A DNA stretch of 64,000 bases from a virus (IMGVR_UViG_3300015370_000001:1104-65103), one strand, 5' to 3'. Shown: positions 38,554 to 47,649, numbered from the stretch's first letter. Numbers and translations: made by a program. Notes: generated by a model from the letters alone, not told the origin.

Positions 38554-39200
38554 TCCAGCCCATCGAACAGGCGCTGTCCGCTCTCTGCGCAATCGAGGTG
38601 GGCGCCGACTATCTCGCGGGAGCGGAGTTGATCCGCGCCACGCTACCGGAGCGCGAGGGGTACTGGGCGCGCGTGCCGGGGCTTCAGCTGGTCGCCCACT
38701 ATATCCAGACCGCCATGCCCGACATGTTCGACCCACTTGCGCCGTTCGGCATCCGTCGCCCCCTGCGTGTCCTCGACGTAGGACCTGGCCCAGGCTTCTG
38801 GCTGGAGTTCGCGCGGGAAGCCGGGCACGAGGTGGAGGGCGCCGAACTGTTCCCTTACTCCGGGCTGGTCCAGGGCTACAACGCCATGACCACGGATCGC
38901 GGGCTCAACGTAGGAGATCAAGGCTTCCCCCCTGCGTCAAGGGGCCCCTACGACGTGATCCATTCAAGGGGGTCCATCGGTGGCGTCCTCGCGGTTCACA
39001 CGCCACGGGCACGTGGCCCCCATCGCATCCTGTGGTTCCTCGACGAGTGCGAGTCCATGTTGAACCCCGGCGGCGTGGTGCACGTGTCGCACAACGCGTG
39101 GGACGGCATGGAGGAGATGATCTCGGTGATGGAGGGCCATGGCCTTGAGTTCGAGCGCATTGGGGAGTACGACACCAGGCACCGCAAGATACGAGCATGA
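38550..39200 (+). CDS. Class I SAM-dependent methyltransferase (paralog of the previous gene)
   Basis: LRVLDVGPGPG…EVEGAE…YDVI…MLNPGGVV. Confidence 0.85.
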   Translation: MIQPIEQALSALCAIEVGADYLAGAELIRATLPEREGYWARVPGLQLVAHYIQTAMPDMFDPLAPFGIRRPLRVLDVGPGPGFWLEFAREAGHEVEGAELFPYSGLVQGYNAMTTDRGLNVGDQGFPPASRGPYDVIHSRGSIGGVLAVHTPRARGPHRILWFLDECESMLNPGGVVHVSHNAWDGMEEMISVMEGHGLEFERIGEYDTRHRKIRA

Positions 39201-40105
39201 AGACGCGACTGGCCATCATCTACGACGTGCCGGGATGGGCCTTCCACGGGGAGGCGCTAGCCATGCAGCGCTGCTACCTGCCGGGCTACGACGTGGACCT
39301 GATCATGTCCCGGGAGGCCACAGCCGAAAGGCTGCGTCCCTACGCCGCGGTGTACGCCATGGCCTACTATGGCCGGGGAGATGATCATCCCCTGTGTGCG
39401 TCGTCGATCTCGTCCACATCGTTCTTCACACGGCGTGACAAGCGCATGGACGGCTACCCTGAGGCGATGTTGCGGTGGGGCTGGATCGTCGTCAAGAATC
39501 AGTGGTTGTGGGACAGGCTGACAGACGAGGACCATCCCCGTCTCAGGCTCCACTACCACGCGCTGGACACCACGCTGTGGAACCCCAGCGGCAAGAGCTA
39601 CCAGGACCGCCCTGGGCTGCTTGTGGGCTACGCGGGACACGACCGCCCACTCAAGGGCCTACATCTAATCCGCGAAGCCGTGGAGGCGATTCCAGGCGCC
39701 GAGCTCCAAACGTACCTGTACACCCCGGAGCACCGTATCCCGCGCGAGTCCATGCCAGCGTGGTACAGGAGCCTCGACGTGTATGTCTGCGCGAGCACTC
39801 CAGGCCAGGACTGCGGGCCGAATCCGCCGATGGAGGCCGGGCTGTGCGGGACGCCTGTGGTCACCACACGAGTAGGGCAGATTGGGGAGATGGTTGTGGA
39901 CGGCGAGAACGGGATCGTTGTCGAGCGCACCGTCGAAGCTATCCGCAACGCGCTGGAGCAACTGCGGGACGTGAGGGAGCGGGAGCGGCTTGGCCGCGCG
40001 GCTGCATCCTCGTTCCTGGACCGGTGGGCCACCTACGAGGGCCAACGATACAACGACCTATTCGAGGAGATGCTGGACCATGCCGAGACACCCGATTATC
40101 CCTGA
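39197..40105 (+). CDS. GT4-family glycosyltransferase
   Basis: LLVGYAG…LKG…MPAWYRSLDVYVCAS…DCGPNPPMEAGLCGTPVVTTRVG…VVDGENG. Confidence 0.9.
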   Translation: MKTRLAIIYDVPGWAFHGEALAMQRCYLPGYDVDLIMSREATAERLRPYAAVYAMAYYGRGDDHPLCASSISSTSFFTRRDKRMDGYPEAMLRWGWIVVKNQWLWDRLTDEDHPRLRLHYHALDTTLWNPSGKSYQDRPGLLVGYAGHDRPLKGLHLIREAVEAIPGAELQTYLYTPEHRIPRESMPAWYRSLDVYVCASTPGQDCGPNPPMEAGLCGTPVVTTRVGQIGEMVVDGENGIVVERTVEAIRNALEQLRDVRERERLGRAAASSFLDRWATYEGQRYNDLFEEMLDHAETPDYP

Positions 40106-40757
40106 GACCCGCACGCCGAGCCTGGCGGGAGTGACACGCGATCTGCGTGACATCACCTATGGACCGACCTACTTCCAGGGCGCGCGCCACGACCACGGCA
40201 AGTGCAACGTGCTCGCCGGGGAGTTGATCTACACCCTGTTCCGCCCCAGCTCCGTGGTGGACTGGGGATGCGGTGGGGGATACGTCTTGCACCCGTTGCT
40301 GCTGCGTGGCGTGCGCTGTCTGGGGTTGGATGTGTCTGAGTCCGCCTTCGACTTTGCGCGCGAGCTGGGCGGTGATCCCCTGGCCGCCTGCATCCAGATC
40401 GCCAACCTCAACGACGACCCGCGCCCCATCATCGAGGGCTACGACATCGCGTTGGCGATCGAGTCACTCGAACACATCGCCCCGGAGTCCACGGTCCCCG
40501 TCGTCGAGGCGATCTGCCGATCGGCTCCCCTGGTGATCATCAGCAGCCCGCCGCCGTCAGGTAAGAACAATCCGCTCCACACCAACGAGCGTTTGACCGA
40601 GGAGTGGGTGGAGATCTTCGGTGCAGCGGGATACGAGCCGGACAAGGCCACCGCTGACGCCGTGCGCGCCGCCATGCGGTCCGTGCGAACGTGCTCCGGC
40701 GTCTGCGTGCCCTCATGGTGGACGAGCAGCTATCTGGGAGTCTACAGGGCGTCATGA
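40080..40757 (+). CDS. Class I SAM-dependent methyltransferase
   Basis: SSVVDWGCGGG…GLDVS…YDIALAIESLEHI…H.NE…W…F pattern common in glycan-cluster methyltransferases. Confidence 0.88.
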   Translation: MPRHPIIPETRTPSLAGVTRDLRDITYGPTYFQGARHDHGKCNVLAGELIYTLFRPSSVVDWGCGGGYVLHPLLLRGVRCLGLDVSESAFDFARELGGDPLAACIQIANLNDDPRPIIEGYDIALAIESLEHIAPESTVPVVEAICRSAPLVIISSPPPSGKNNPLHTNERLTEEWVEIFGAAGYEPDKATADAVRAAMRSVRTCSGVCVPSWWTSSYLGVYRAS

Positions 40758-41590
40758 AGCATCCCCCTGGCCGACGAGGGGTCACGCGGCCCCCTACCGC
40801 GTACCTCGGTGAGATTCCACGTCGCGGTGTTCCCAGCCTGAAGCACACAGCGTTCTGCGCGATGGGCGGGGGCGGGTCGAGCACGCTGATCGTGAGGGTG
40901 TCGAAGTACGCCGAGTTCGTGGGCATGCGCCCCGACAACTGGTTTCTTCCGTGCGTGGGCTTCGACCGCATCATGGATCCCGGAGCGTGGCACATCCACA
41001 ACGACAGCAAGCCACTGGCCGAGCAGGGCACAAGCGAGGTGTTCGACATCGACGGCGTGCTGGCGGGCTTCCACCGGCAGACCGGGTATCACCTCGACGC
41101 GGGAGCATCGCTCGACTCCAACATGCTGTCCTATCTCCAGTGGCTTCGTGAGCACGACGGGGCCGCTGTCTTCTGGCAACTCGCCGGACACGGCTTCTTC
41201 TCTCGTCACAAGGTGCCCGACGTGGTCTTCATGATCCGTCGCCCGCTCGACACGTGGTTGAGCCTCACCGAGCCCTACAGGCACGTGGCGCTGTTCGACG
41301 CCTTCGGTGGACGTGAGCACCTGTCGGCGCTGGCCGTCTTCTGCGGCTGGTGGCTGGGGATGGTACGCGAGTATCTGCGGCTGCTCGACGCTGGCCTGGA
41401 CCCCGTGCTGCTACGCTACGACCGAGCCCCACAGAACGCCGAGGCCCTGCCTGAGAAGCTGGCCGAGCAGTTCTCCGAGGAGTCCACGTGGCGCCCGCGG
41501 CTGCGCAATCCTGACGAGGCGCCCACCGCGGCGCGCGACTACATCGAACGACACACGGGCGAGCTACAGGCCCGGATCTGGGAGGACTGA
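40754..41590 (+). CDS. Putative PAPS-dependent sulfotransferase
   Basis: P-loop-like 5'-PSB GGGGSSTL, 3'-PB motif VVFMIRRPLDTWLS (cf. R.P.D..vS), and LLRYD (cf. lRYEdl). Confidence 0.65.
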   Translation: MKHPPGRRGVTRPPTAYLGEIPRRGVPSLKHTAFCAMGGGGSSTLIVRVSKYAEFVGMRPDNWFLPCVGFDRIMDPGAWHIHNDSKPLAEQGTSEVFDIDGVLAGFHRQTGYHLDAGASLDSNMLSYLQWLREHDGAAVFWQLAGHGFFSRHKVPDVVFMIRRPLDTWLSLTEPYRHVALFDAFGGREHLSALAVFCGWWLGMVREYLRLLDAGLDPVLLRYDRAPQNAEALPEKLAEQFSEESTWRPRLRNPDEAPTAARDYIERHTGELQARIWED

Positions 41591-42210
41591 TGCGAGGCGA
41601 AGCCATGGCGCGAGTGTGCGCCGACCTGGAGACGATGGGGATCGACCTGTCGAAGATGCACGCGCTGGACTTCTTCGCCCGCGCTGGCACCTGGCAAACG
41701 CAGGTGTTCGCCACCAAGGTGGACCACCTGACGGCGTGGGAGATCGATCCCCAGTACGAGAGCGCGCTGCACCGCAACCTCCCTGGCGACGCAGACATCC
41801 GTATCGGCGACTCGTTCGGGTTCGCCCAGGGGTTCCGTGGACAGCTGCCCGCCTTCGACTTGGTGGTGTTCGACAACCCCCAGGGTATCTACGGGCCAAA
41901 CGGAAGGTACTGCGAGCACTTCGAGGCCATCACGCGCGTCAGGGACCTGCTGAGGACCGCTCCCGTGGGCGTGGTGATCTGCAACGTGAATCGTGATCCG
42001 TTCGACGCTCAGAAGCATCCAAGGTGGATGGAGCGACGCGAGTTGTTCTACAACTACCCACACGACACGTACACCCACCCGATCGGGTGGGCCGACTTCT
42101 TCTACCGGGGCGTTTTCGCTGGTCAGGGATTCCGAGTCCGCCGCCTATGGATGGAACACCGCAACCCCGAGTACCTCTCGCTCCTCGTTGCCGTGCTGGA
42201 GAGACCATGA
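41590..42210 (+). CDS. Methyltransferase-like protein
   Basis: ALDFFARAG, AWEIDP, IGDS, FDLVVFDNP Rossmann motifs. Confidence 0.65.
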   Translation: MRGEAMARVCADLETMGIDLSKMHALDFFARAGTWQTQVFATKVDHLTAWEIDPQYESALHRNLPGDADIRIGDSFGFAQGFRGQLPAFDLVVFDNPQGIYGPNGRYCEHFEAITRVRDLLRTAPVGVVICNVNRDPFDAQKHPRWMERRELFYNYPHDTYTHPIGWADFFYRGVFAGQGFRVRRLWMEHRNPEYLSLLVAVLERP

Positions 42211-42323
42211 TCGAAGGCAGCAAGATCCTCGCCATCGGATCTCACGCCCACAGCCTCACCCCGGATGTGCGGTGGGACGGCTCACGGGCGCGCTGTGAGT
42301 ACCTGGAGGACGAAGACCGATGA
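42207..42323 (+). pseudogene. 38-aa ORF, possibly a gene remnant
   Basis: MIEGSKILAIGSHAH…; ATGA overlap with both neighbours. Confidence 0.3.
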
Positions 42324-43201
42324 AGAAGATCGCGATCATCGGGATGGGATACGTGGGCCAGGCGATGGCTCAGTTCTTCGCAAGGCGATACGAGATCGTC
42401 GGCTTCGATCTCCCTCCTGGCAAGACACGCGGGGCGCGATGGACGAACCGATCCAACCTCGATGACCGGGGAATACAGGACCGCCCATGGCACAGCGGCG
42501 ACGGGTGGAAGGGCCCAGACCCCTTCAACGAGGAGGTGCCCTGCGACCTCGCCGTAGTCTGCGTCCCCACCCCCCAGGCCCCTGACGGAAGCTGCGACAC
42601 CAGCATCGTCGAGGAGGTCGTGGGCTGGCTGGAGACCCCGCTGATCCTGCTCAAGTCCACGGTTCCGCCTGGGACCACCGACAGGCTGCGCGAGTCCACG
42701 GGCAAGCGGATCGTCTTCTCACCGGAGTACACGGGCGAGTCGGCGTACTACACCCCACCCCCCTACGACTTCGCAGACAGCGTGGCCAAGGAGCCCTGGT
42801 ACACGTTCGGCGGGGATCCCGCGGACTGCGACGCCATCATCGAGTTCTTCGTGCCCATCGCCGGCCCGTGCAAGACCTACCACGTCACCGAGGCCCGCGT
42901 GGCGGAGATGGCGAAGTACGTCGAGAACAGCTTCTACGCCCTGAAGATTGCGGCGTGCTACGAGTTCAAGGCCGTGTGCGAGGCGCTGGGTATCTCGTGG
43001 CACCGTGTCCGCGAGGCGTGGCTACTGGACCCGCGGATCGGCCCTATGCACACCGCGGCCTGGACCAAGGAAGGCCCCCCGTTCGGGGGCAAGTGCCTGC
43101 CCAAGGATACGGCTGCCCTCGTGCGGTTCGCCCGCGAAGCTGGATACGACGCGTCCCTGTTCGCCGAGGTGCTGGCCACGAACTCTCGACTCACGCGCTG
43201 A
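42320..43201 (+). CDS. ugd: UDP-glucose/GDP-mannose dehydrogenase family protein (short form)
   Basis: IAIIGMGYVG, VCVPTP, LKSTVPPGT, FSPE, AEMAKYVENSFYALK, FGGKCLPKD. No C-terminal UDP-binding domain. Confidence 0.9.
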   Translation: MKKIAIIGMGYVGQAMAQFFARRYEIVGFDLPPGKTRGARWTNRSNLDDRGIQDRPWHSGDGWKGPDPFNEEVPCDLAVVCVPTPQAPDGSCDTSIVEEVVGWLETPLILLKSTVPPGTTDRLRESTGKRIVFSPEYTGESAYYTPPPYDFADSVAKEPWYTFGGDPADCDAIIEFFVPIAGPCKTYHVTEARVAEMAKYVENSFYALKIAACYEFKAVCEALGISWHRVREAWLLDPRIGPMHTAAWTKEGPPFGGKCLPKDTAALVRFAREAGYDASLFAEVLATNSRLTR

Positions 43202-43240
43202 CGCTCGTCCGTGCTACGATGGCGCCCATCAGGAGGCGCC

Positions 43241-45272
43241 ATGCTACGACGACGACTCGCACTCTTTGCCTTGCTTCTCTTCCTCGTGCTCCCCGCGTGG
43301 GCCGCACCGGACTGGTCTGCGTACATCGGGGAGTACGCCAACGACGGTGCGTGTTTGACGGTGATCCAGGCCAAGCTCTGGGACACCAACGGGGCGGCGC
43401 CAGGCGGCGATCCACAGACCGGCATGTGGTACTTCAACACCACGGACTCCACGGATCGGATATGGACGGGAGCGGCGTGGGTGGAGAGCGACGCCAACAC
43501 CGCCGTCGCTACCAGCGCGGGGACGGCTCTGGCTCACGTCACGGCAAACGGAGCGAGCCATTCCGACGTCGCGAGCAACACGGCCGCGCGTCACACCCAG
43601 GGCACCGACCAGGGCCTCGACACCGGCGGAGCCAACGCGGTCACGGCCCTCACCATCACCGGGCACAACGCCAGCACCGCCAACCCACACTCGACAGGCG
43701 TCCCAAACCTCGTCGCCGGAACCAAGGCCCAGCTCGACGCGGCCATCTCTGACGGAGACGTGCGCCCGCAGTGGCAGACCGACCTCTTCGTGGACCAGAC
43801 CTCAGGCAGCGACGTGACCCCGGGACCCTGGGGCTACGCGACGATCGGCGGGGCTCTGGCCGTGTCCGCGTCAGGCGATACCATCTTCGTCAACCCCGCC
43901 ACGTATGCCGAGAACATCACCGTCCCCGAAGGCGTCCGCGTGTTGGGCGAGTGGGTCAACCTGACAGGGACAATCACGCTTCAGGGTGATGACAGCTACA
44001 TCAGCCTGTACGCGCAGACCGTGGCCACGGGCACCGACGGGCTCACCCTGTCCGGCGTGAACAAGACGGCCTACGCCGACATCCGCTACCAGCTCAACGC
44101 TGGCACGGCAGACGGGATCTCCGTCACGGACTCGGCCTCGACCCTGTTCTACTCAGGCACCCTCCAGACCGTGGTCAACGGCGAGGGGCTGTCGAGCGGG
44201 TCGGCTGGCTCGGTCTACTACGATCTCCCTCTCATCCACGTGTCGGGCACGGGTACAGGCATCTACGTCTCGCCCACGGCAGACGCTACAGGCTATGTGG
44301 GGCAGATCGACGACGACGGCGCGGGGACCTGCATCTATGTCGAGGCCCTCGGTGGCGCTCGGCTGGAGGGGTCCCGTCTCGACTGCGCGACGGCGTACAA
44401 CGTCGAGGCCACCGCGGAGCTGGTCCTAGACGTGAGCGAGGTCGTCGGAACCGAGACATGTACGGGCACGTGCGTGGTGATGGAGGACGGCGCTGTCGTA
44501 ACCCACGTAGCAGACGTCACGACCAACCCCCACGCCACCGACATCGGCAACATCGGCGCGGGCACCCTGGACGGGCACGGACCCGGCGACGCTCGGCGAA
44601 ATCACCGCATGGACCGCGGACCTGTCAGGCACCTACGACTGGAAGGCCGAAGGCACGGGAAGCACCGATCCGACGAGCGGGATCTATGTGACGTCCACGG
44701 ACCTCGCCGACTTCACCACGCTCGCGGTCGGCAGCAACGTCATCACCTTCGACGTGTCGGCATCAGGGGCAGACAAGGAGGCGTTTCTCACCGTCGAGAT
44801 CACGGACCTGCCTGATATGTACTTGGCCACCGAGTTCTATCTGGAGGTGGATCTCGACCTCGACGACAACGTCAACAACTTCGACACCACCGACGATGCG
44901 CTGGCCTTCAACTACATGAACGCGGCGACGACTGCGGCGACGACGGAGCGCCTCATCGGAAAGATCGACCGTGGCACAAACATCCGGATTTCATGCACCC
45001 GCGAGGTCAACGACGCAGGCACCAACTCGTCGTACACCGACATCACGAACCCGAAGAACACGGGACGTCTCCAGGTCATCGACACGGTCGGAAATCAGCA
45101 CGCTCAGTTCTACGAGTCCACCGCGCACAACCTGACTCAGTCCGGCGCCCTGACGCAGACCACGCAACACTGTAGAACCGGGACGGGCATGTGGCTTGGG
45201 ATCTGGTTCCGCGCAAAAAACGGCGGCCGTGTGGCGGGTACGATCTCGAACATCAAGGCTGTCGCAAGGTAA
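43241..45272 (+). CDS. Signal-peptide-bearing pectin-lyase-like beta-helix / fibre-like protein, split by a +1 frameshift near 44573
   Basis: MLRRRLALFALLLFLVLPAWA signal. ATIGGAL…GDTIFVNPATYAENI is a beta-helix cap. Coding-like sequence continues in the +1 frame from 44577 to 45272. Confidence 0.7.
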
Positions 45273-45280
45273 GGAGTGAG

Positions 45281-45737
45281 AATGAAGACCCTACTATTCG
45301 TCGCCATGTTGATCCCGTGGGCGGCGGCGGCCCAGCAGTCAGAGTGGCAGCTCGCGCAGTACGAGGACGGCAGCTATCACCAGGAGGGCGGGCTCGTGAC
45401 CGTGTGGCCCATGGACGCCGAACTGTACGACAAAAACCGATGCGTGGGGCGCGAGGACTCCGGCCCGTCCACGTGTCTGTTCGAGTCACAGGAGCCGTTC
45501 TCTACGCTGGTCACGGTGGCCTACGACGACCTACCGCTCGAGCGGAAGTTCATGGCTCCCGTTGATTTCCGCTCCAACGAGGCAGGCAAGGTGAAGCCAG
45601 AGAAGCGGCCGGAACCGGAGCCGAAGCCGAAGGACAAGGGGCACGTCGGCATGATCGTCAAGGGCGGCCTCGGTACGCTGGGAGCCCTCGCCGCCCTCGG
45701 CACAGGCGCGGTCGTGCTGCGTGGGCGCAAGGCGTGA
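45281..45737 (+). CDS. Exported protein with Pro/Lys-rich stalk and C-terminal membrane anchor
   Basis: MKTLLFVAMLIPWAAAA signal, KPEKRPEPEPKPK linker, hydrophobic helix, then RGRKA. Confidence 0.7.
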
Positions 45738-46291
45738 TCGACTTCGGCGTCCCGAACTTCGACTTCGGCGAGCTGACCAAGTGCAGCCACGGCGGCGCGA
45801 TGCACGCCCGCAACCAGGCGCTCGCCAAGGCCCCTGAGAGGCTCGCCAGCGGGCAGTGTCTCGCCCTGCTACTCCAGGTACTACGGGACCACGTGGCGTC
45901 CCCTGTGGACGTCGTGTGCGCGCTGCGGTACGCAGAGCAGATCGACGGCTTGTGGTACGGCTACGACGTCGCGGCGCAAGGCAAGGCACAGGGATCGACG
46001 AGCTACCGCCCGAAATCCCAGCACACCCGGTTCGAGGCCGCCGACGTCCACTGTCACGGGCACGACCTCGACGACGTGTGGGCGTGGCTCGCCGACGAAT
46101 GTACCCACCCGTTCGGGCAGGTGATCAACGAGAGGCGAGGGGGCGCCCACTGGCTCCACCTGTCGATACCCGGCACGTCCCTGATCGACGGCCGCTGGAT
46201 CGAGGGCGAGTGCCTGAGCTACGTCCACGGCCGCAAGCCCGCGTATCGCTACGAGCGGGACATCGCAGCAGTCCGCGCCCGCTGGCTCTGA
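45734..46291 (+). CDS. Endolysin, peptidase M15 family
   Basis: FDFGELTKC, SYR..SQH..EAADV, HWLHLS (Zn ligands H, D, H). Confidence 0.85.
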   Translation: MIDFGVPNFDFGELTKCSHGGAMHARNQALAKAPERLASGQCLALLLQVLRDHVASPVDVVCALRYAEQIDGLWYGYDVAAQGKAQGSTSYRPKSQHTRFEAADVHCHGHDLDDVWAWLADECTHPFGQVINERRGGAHWLHLSIPGTSLIDGRWIEGECLSYVHGRKPAYRYERDIAAVRARWL

Positions 46292-46341
46292 CCCCCTCCC
46301 CCAGCCTGCAGCCGGGGGCGACTAGTCCAGGCCCGCGGGGG

Positions 46342-46887
46342 CTAGGGGGTTGGTTCTCCACGGCTCTCCCAGCAAGCGGGGCATCGCAAGGACCTCGCCG
46401 GGCCAGCGCTGTAGATCGTCGATATGTCCTGTACCCATCCGAGTCCGCCGCAGGTGGTGCACCGCTCAGCTGCCAGCGCTTCGACAACCTCGCCAAGGTC
46501 GAGGCAGATGTGATCCGCCATCTTCACCATCAGCTCGGGCTCGGCGTCAGCGAGAAGAACGACCGTCGTCTTCCCGGCTCCACACGCCCACCCCAACTCC
46601 AGCGATGCAGACCGCCCGCACGGAAGCACGTAGACGCAGGCGTCGCACCAGCGGAGAGCGTCCATGTCGCTCTTGAATCCGGCTTCGGCGCGCTCGTGGT
46701 CGAGGCAATCCCGGTACTCCCCTGGACTCCACTCCTGCCAGTCGGTGTCGATGTCTGACCATGCGAACCCCCCTCCACCGTGCGGCGGGTTGCGGAAGTC
46801 GTAAACCTCGTGGCCTGCGTCCCGCAGGGCTTCCACGACGAACTGCTGATGCGGGTTGCGCCACGATGACGCTACGTAGACCTTCAT
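46342..46887 (-). CDS. Nucleoside 2'-deoxyribosyltransferase / dNMP N-glycosidase-like protein
   Basis: KVYVASSWRN…EVYDFR…SDMDALRWCDACVYVLPCGRSASLELGWACG; C-terminal CxxCxGxG. Confidence 0.8.
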   Translation of the reverse strand: MKVYVASSWRNPHQQFVVEALRDAGHEVYDFRNPPHGGGGFAWSDIDTDWQEWSPGEYRDCLDHERAEAGFKSDMDALRWCDACVYVLPCGRSASLELGWACGAGKTTVVLLADAEPELMVKMADHICLDLGEVVEALAAERCTTCGGLGWVQDISTIYSAGPARSLRCPACWESRGEPTP

Positions 46888-47048
46888 CCTCTCGCCCCCT
46901 TCCTCAGCATCCACGCCCGTGCGGTCTGCGCGTGGTCCTTGTCATCGGTCCCGGCGCAGCCGCGGGCGAAGTCTCGAAGCGGGAGCTTCCTGAGAGCGGC
47001 TGCGCGCTTCATCCTGCGGACGGCTTTGGCTTGATCGGTACGTGGCAT
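46884..47048 (-). CDS. Small basic hypothetical protein (MPRTDQAKAVRRMK…, 54 aa; not in the ORF track)
   Basis: AGGAAGGTG RBS; ATGA coupling to the next gene. Confidence 0.55.
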   Translation of the reverse strand: MPRTDQAKAVRRMKRAAALRKLPLRDFARGCAGTDDKDHAQTARAWMLRKGARG

Positions 47049-47231
47049 TTAATTCACCTTCCTAGTTGGGCCCATGACTGGGCACGGTGTAGATCCAGTC
47101 TACCGCCCCCCCGCCCGACCTGGCAAGCTGGAGTTGACGGTTGCCCGTCGTTGTCGTCGTTGCGCCCATCATCGAATCCGTGGCAAACTGATCCCGTGAT
47201 TCGTGTGCACACGAGACGAGAGGAGAACCCC

Positions 47232-47624
47232 ATGGGATGGAAGGAGATCGCAGTCGCTGTGCTTGTCATGGTCGGCTGCCTGTTCATGTCGATCACGGCC
47301 TACGCCGACGAGGCCATCGACTACAGCGAGGAGGGCCCGGCGTATTCCTACGCCGTCGATGCGCCCGTGGACGCCGCCCTGGACCTGTTCATGGTTCGGG
47401 CGGACCTGTCTCAGGACGAGAACGGCGAGGCATATGGAACCCCCTACGGCGACGACGGCGAGGTGACCGATGGGATGACGGCCGAGCGGCCCGACTCCTA
47501 CGCATGGCCTTTGTGGTGCTCCAACGCCAGACAGGACACCTACACCGAGGACGAAAGCGAACACATGAACGCCGCCATGGATGCTGCGCACACCGAAGCC
47601 GAAACCATCACACGCGGCTGTTGA
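47232..47624 (+). CDS. Exported acidic protein
   Basis: AGGAG RBS; MGWKEIAVAVLVMVGCLFMSITAYA signal peptide. Confidence 0.7.
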   Translation: MGWKEIAVAVLVMVGCLFMSITAYADEAIDYSEEGPAYSYAVDAPVDAALDLFMVRADLSQDENGEAYGTPYGDDGEVTDGMTAERPDSYAWPLWCSNARQDTYTEDESEHMNAAMDAAHTEAETITRGC

Positions 47625-47628
47625 CTCC

Positions 47629-47649
47629 GCCCCCGCAGTTTGCGGGGGC
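47629..47649 (+). terminator. GC hairpin after the exported-protein gene
   Basis: GCCCCCGCA-GTT-TGCGGGGGC, a perfect 9-bp stem; no U-tract. Confidence 0.5.
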
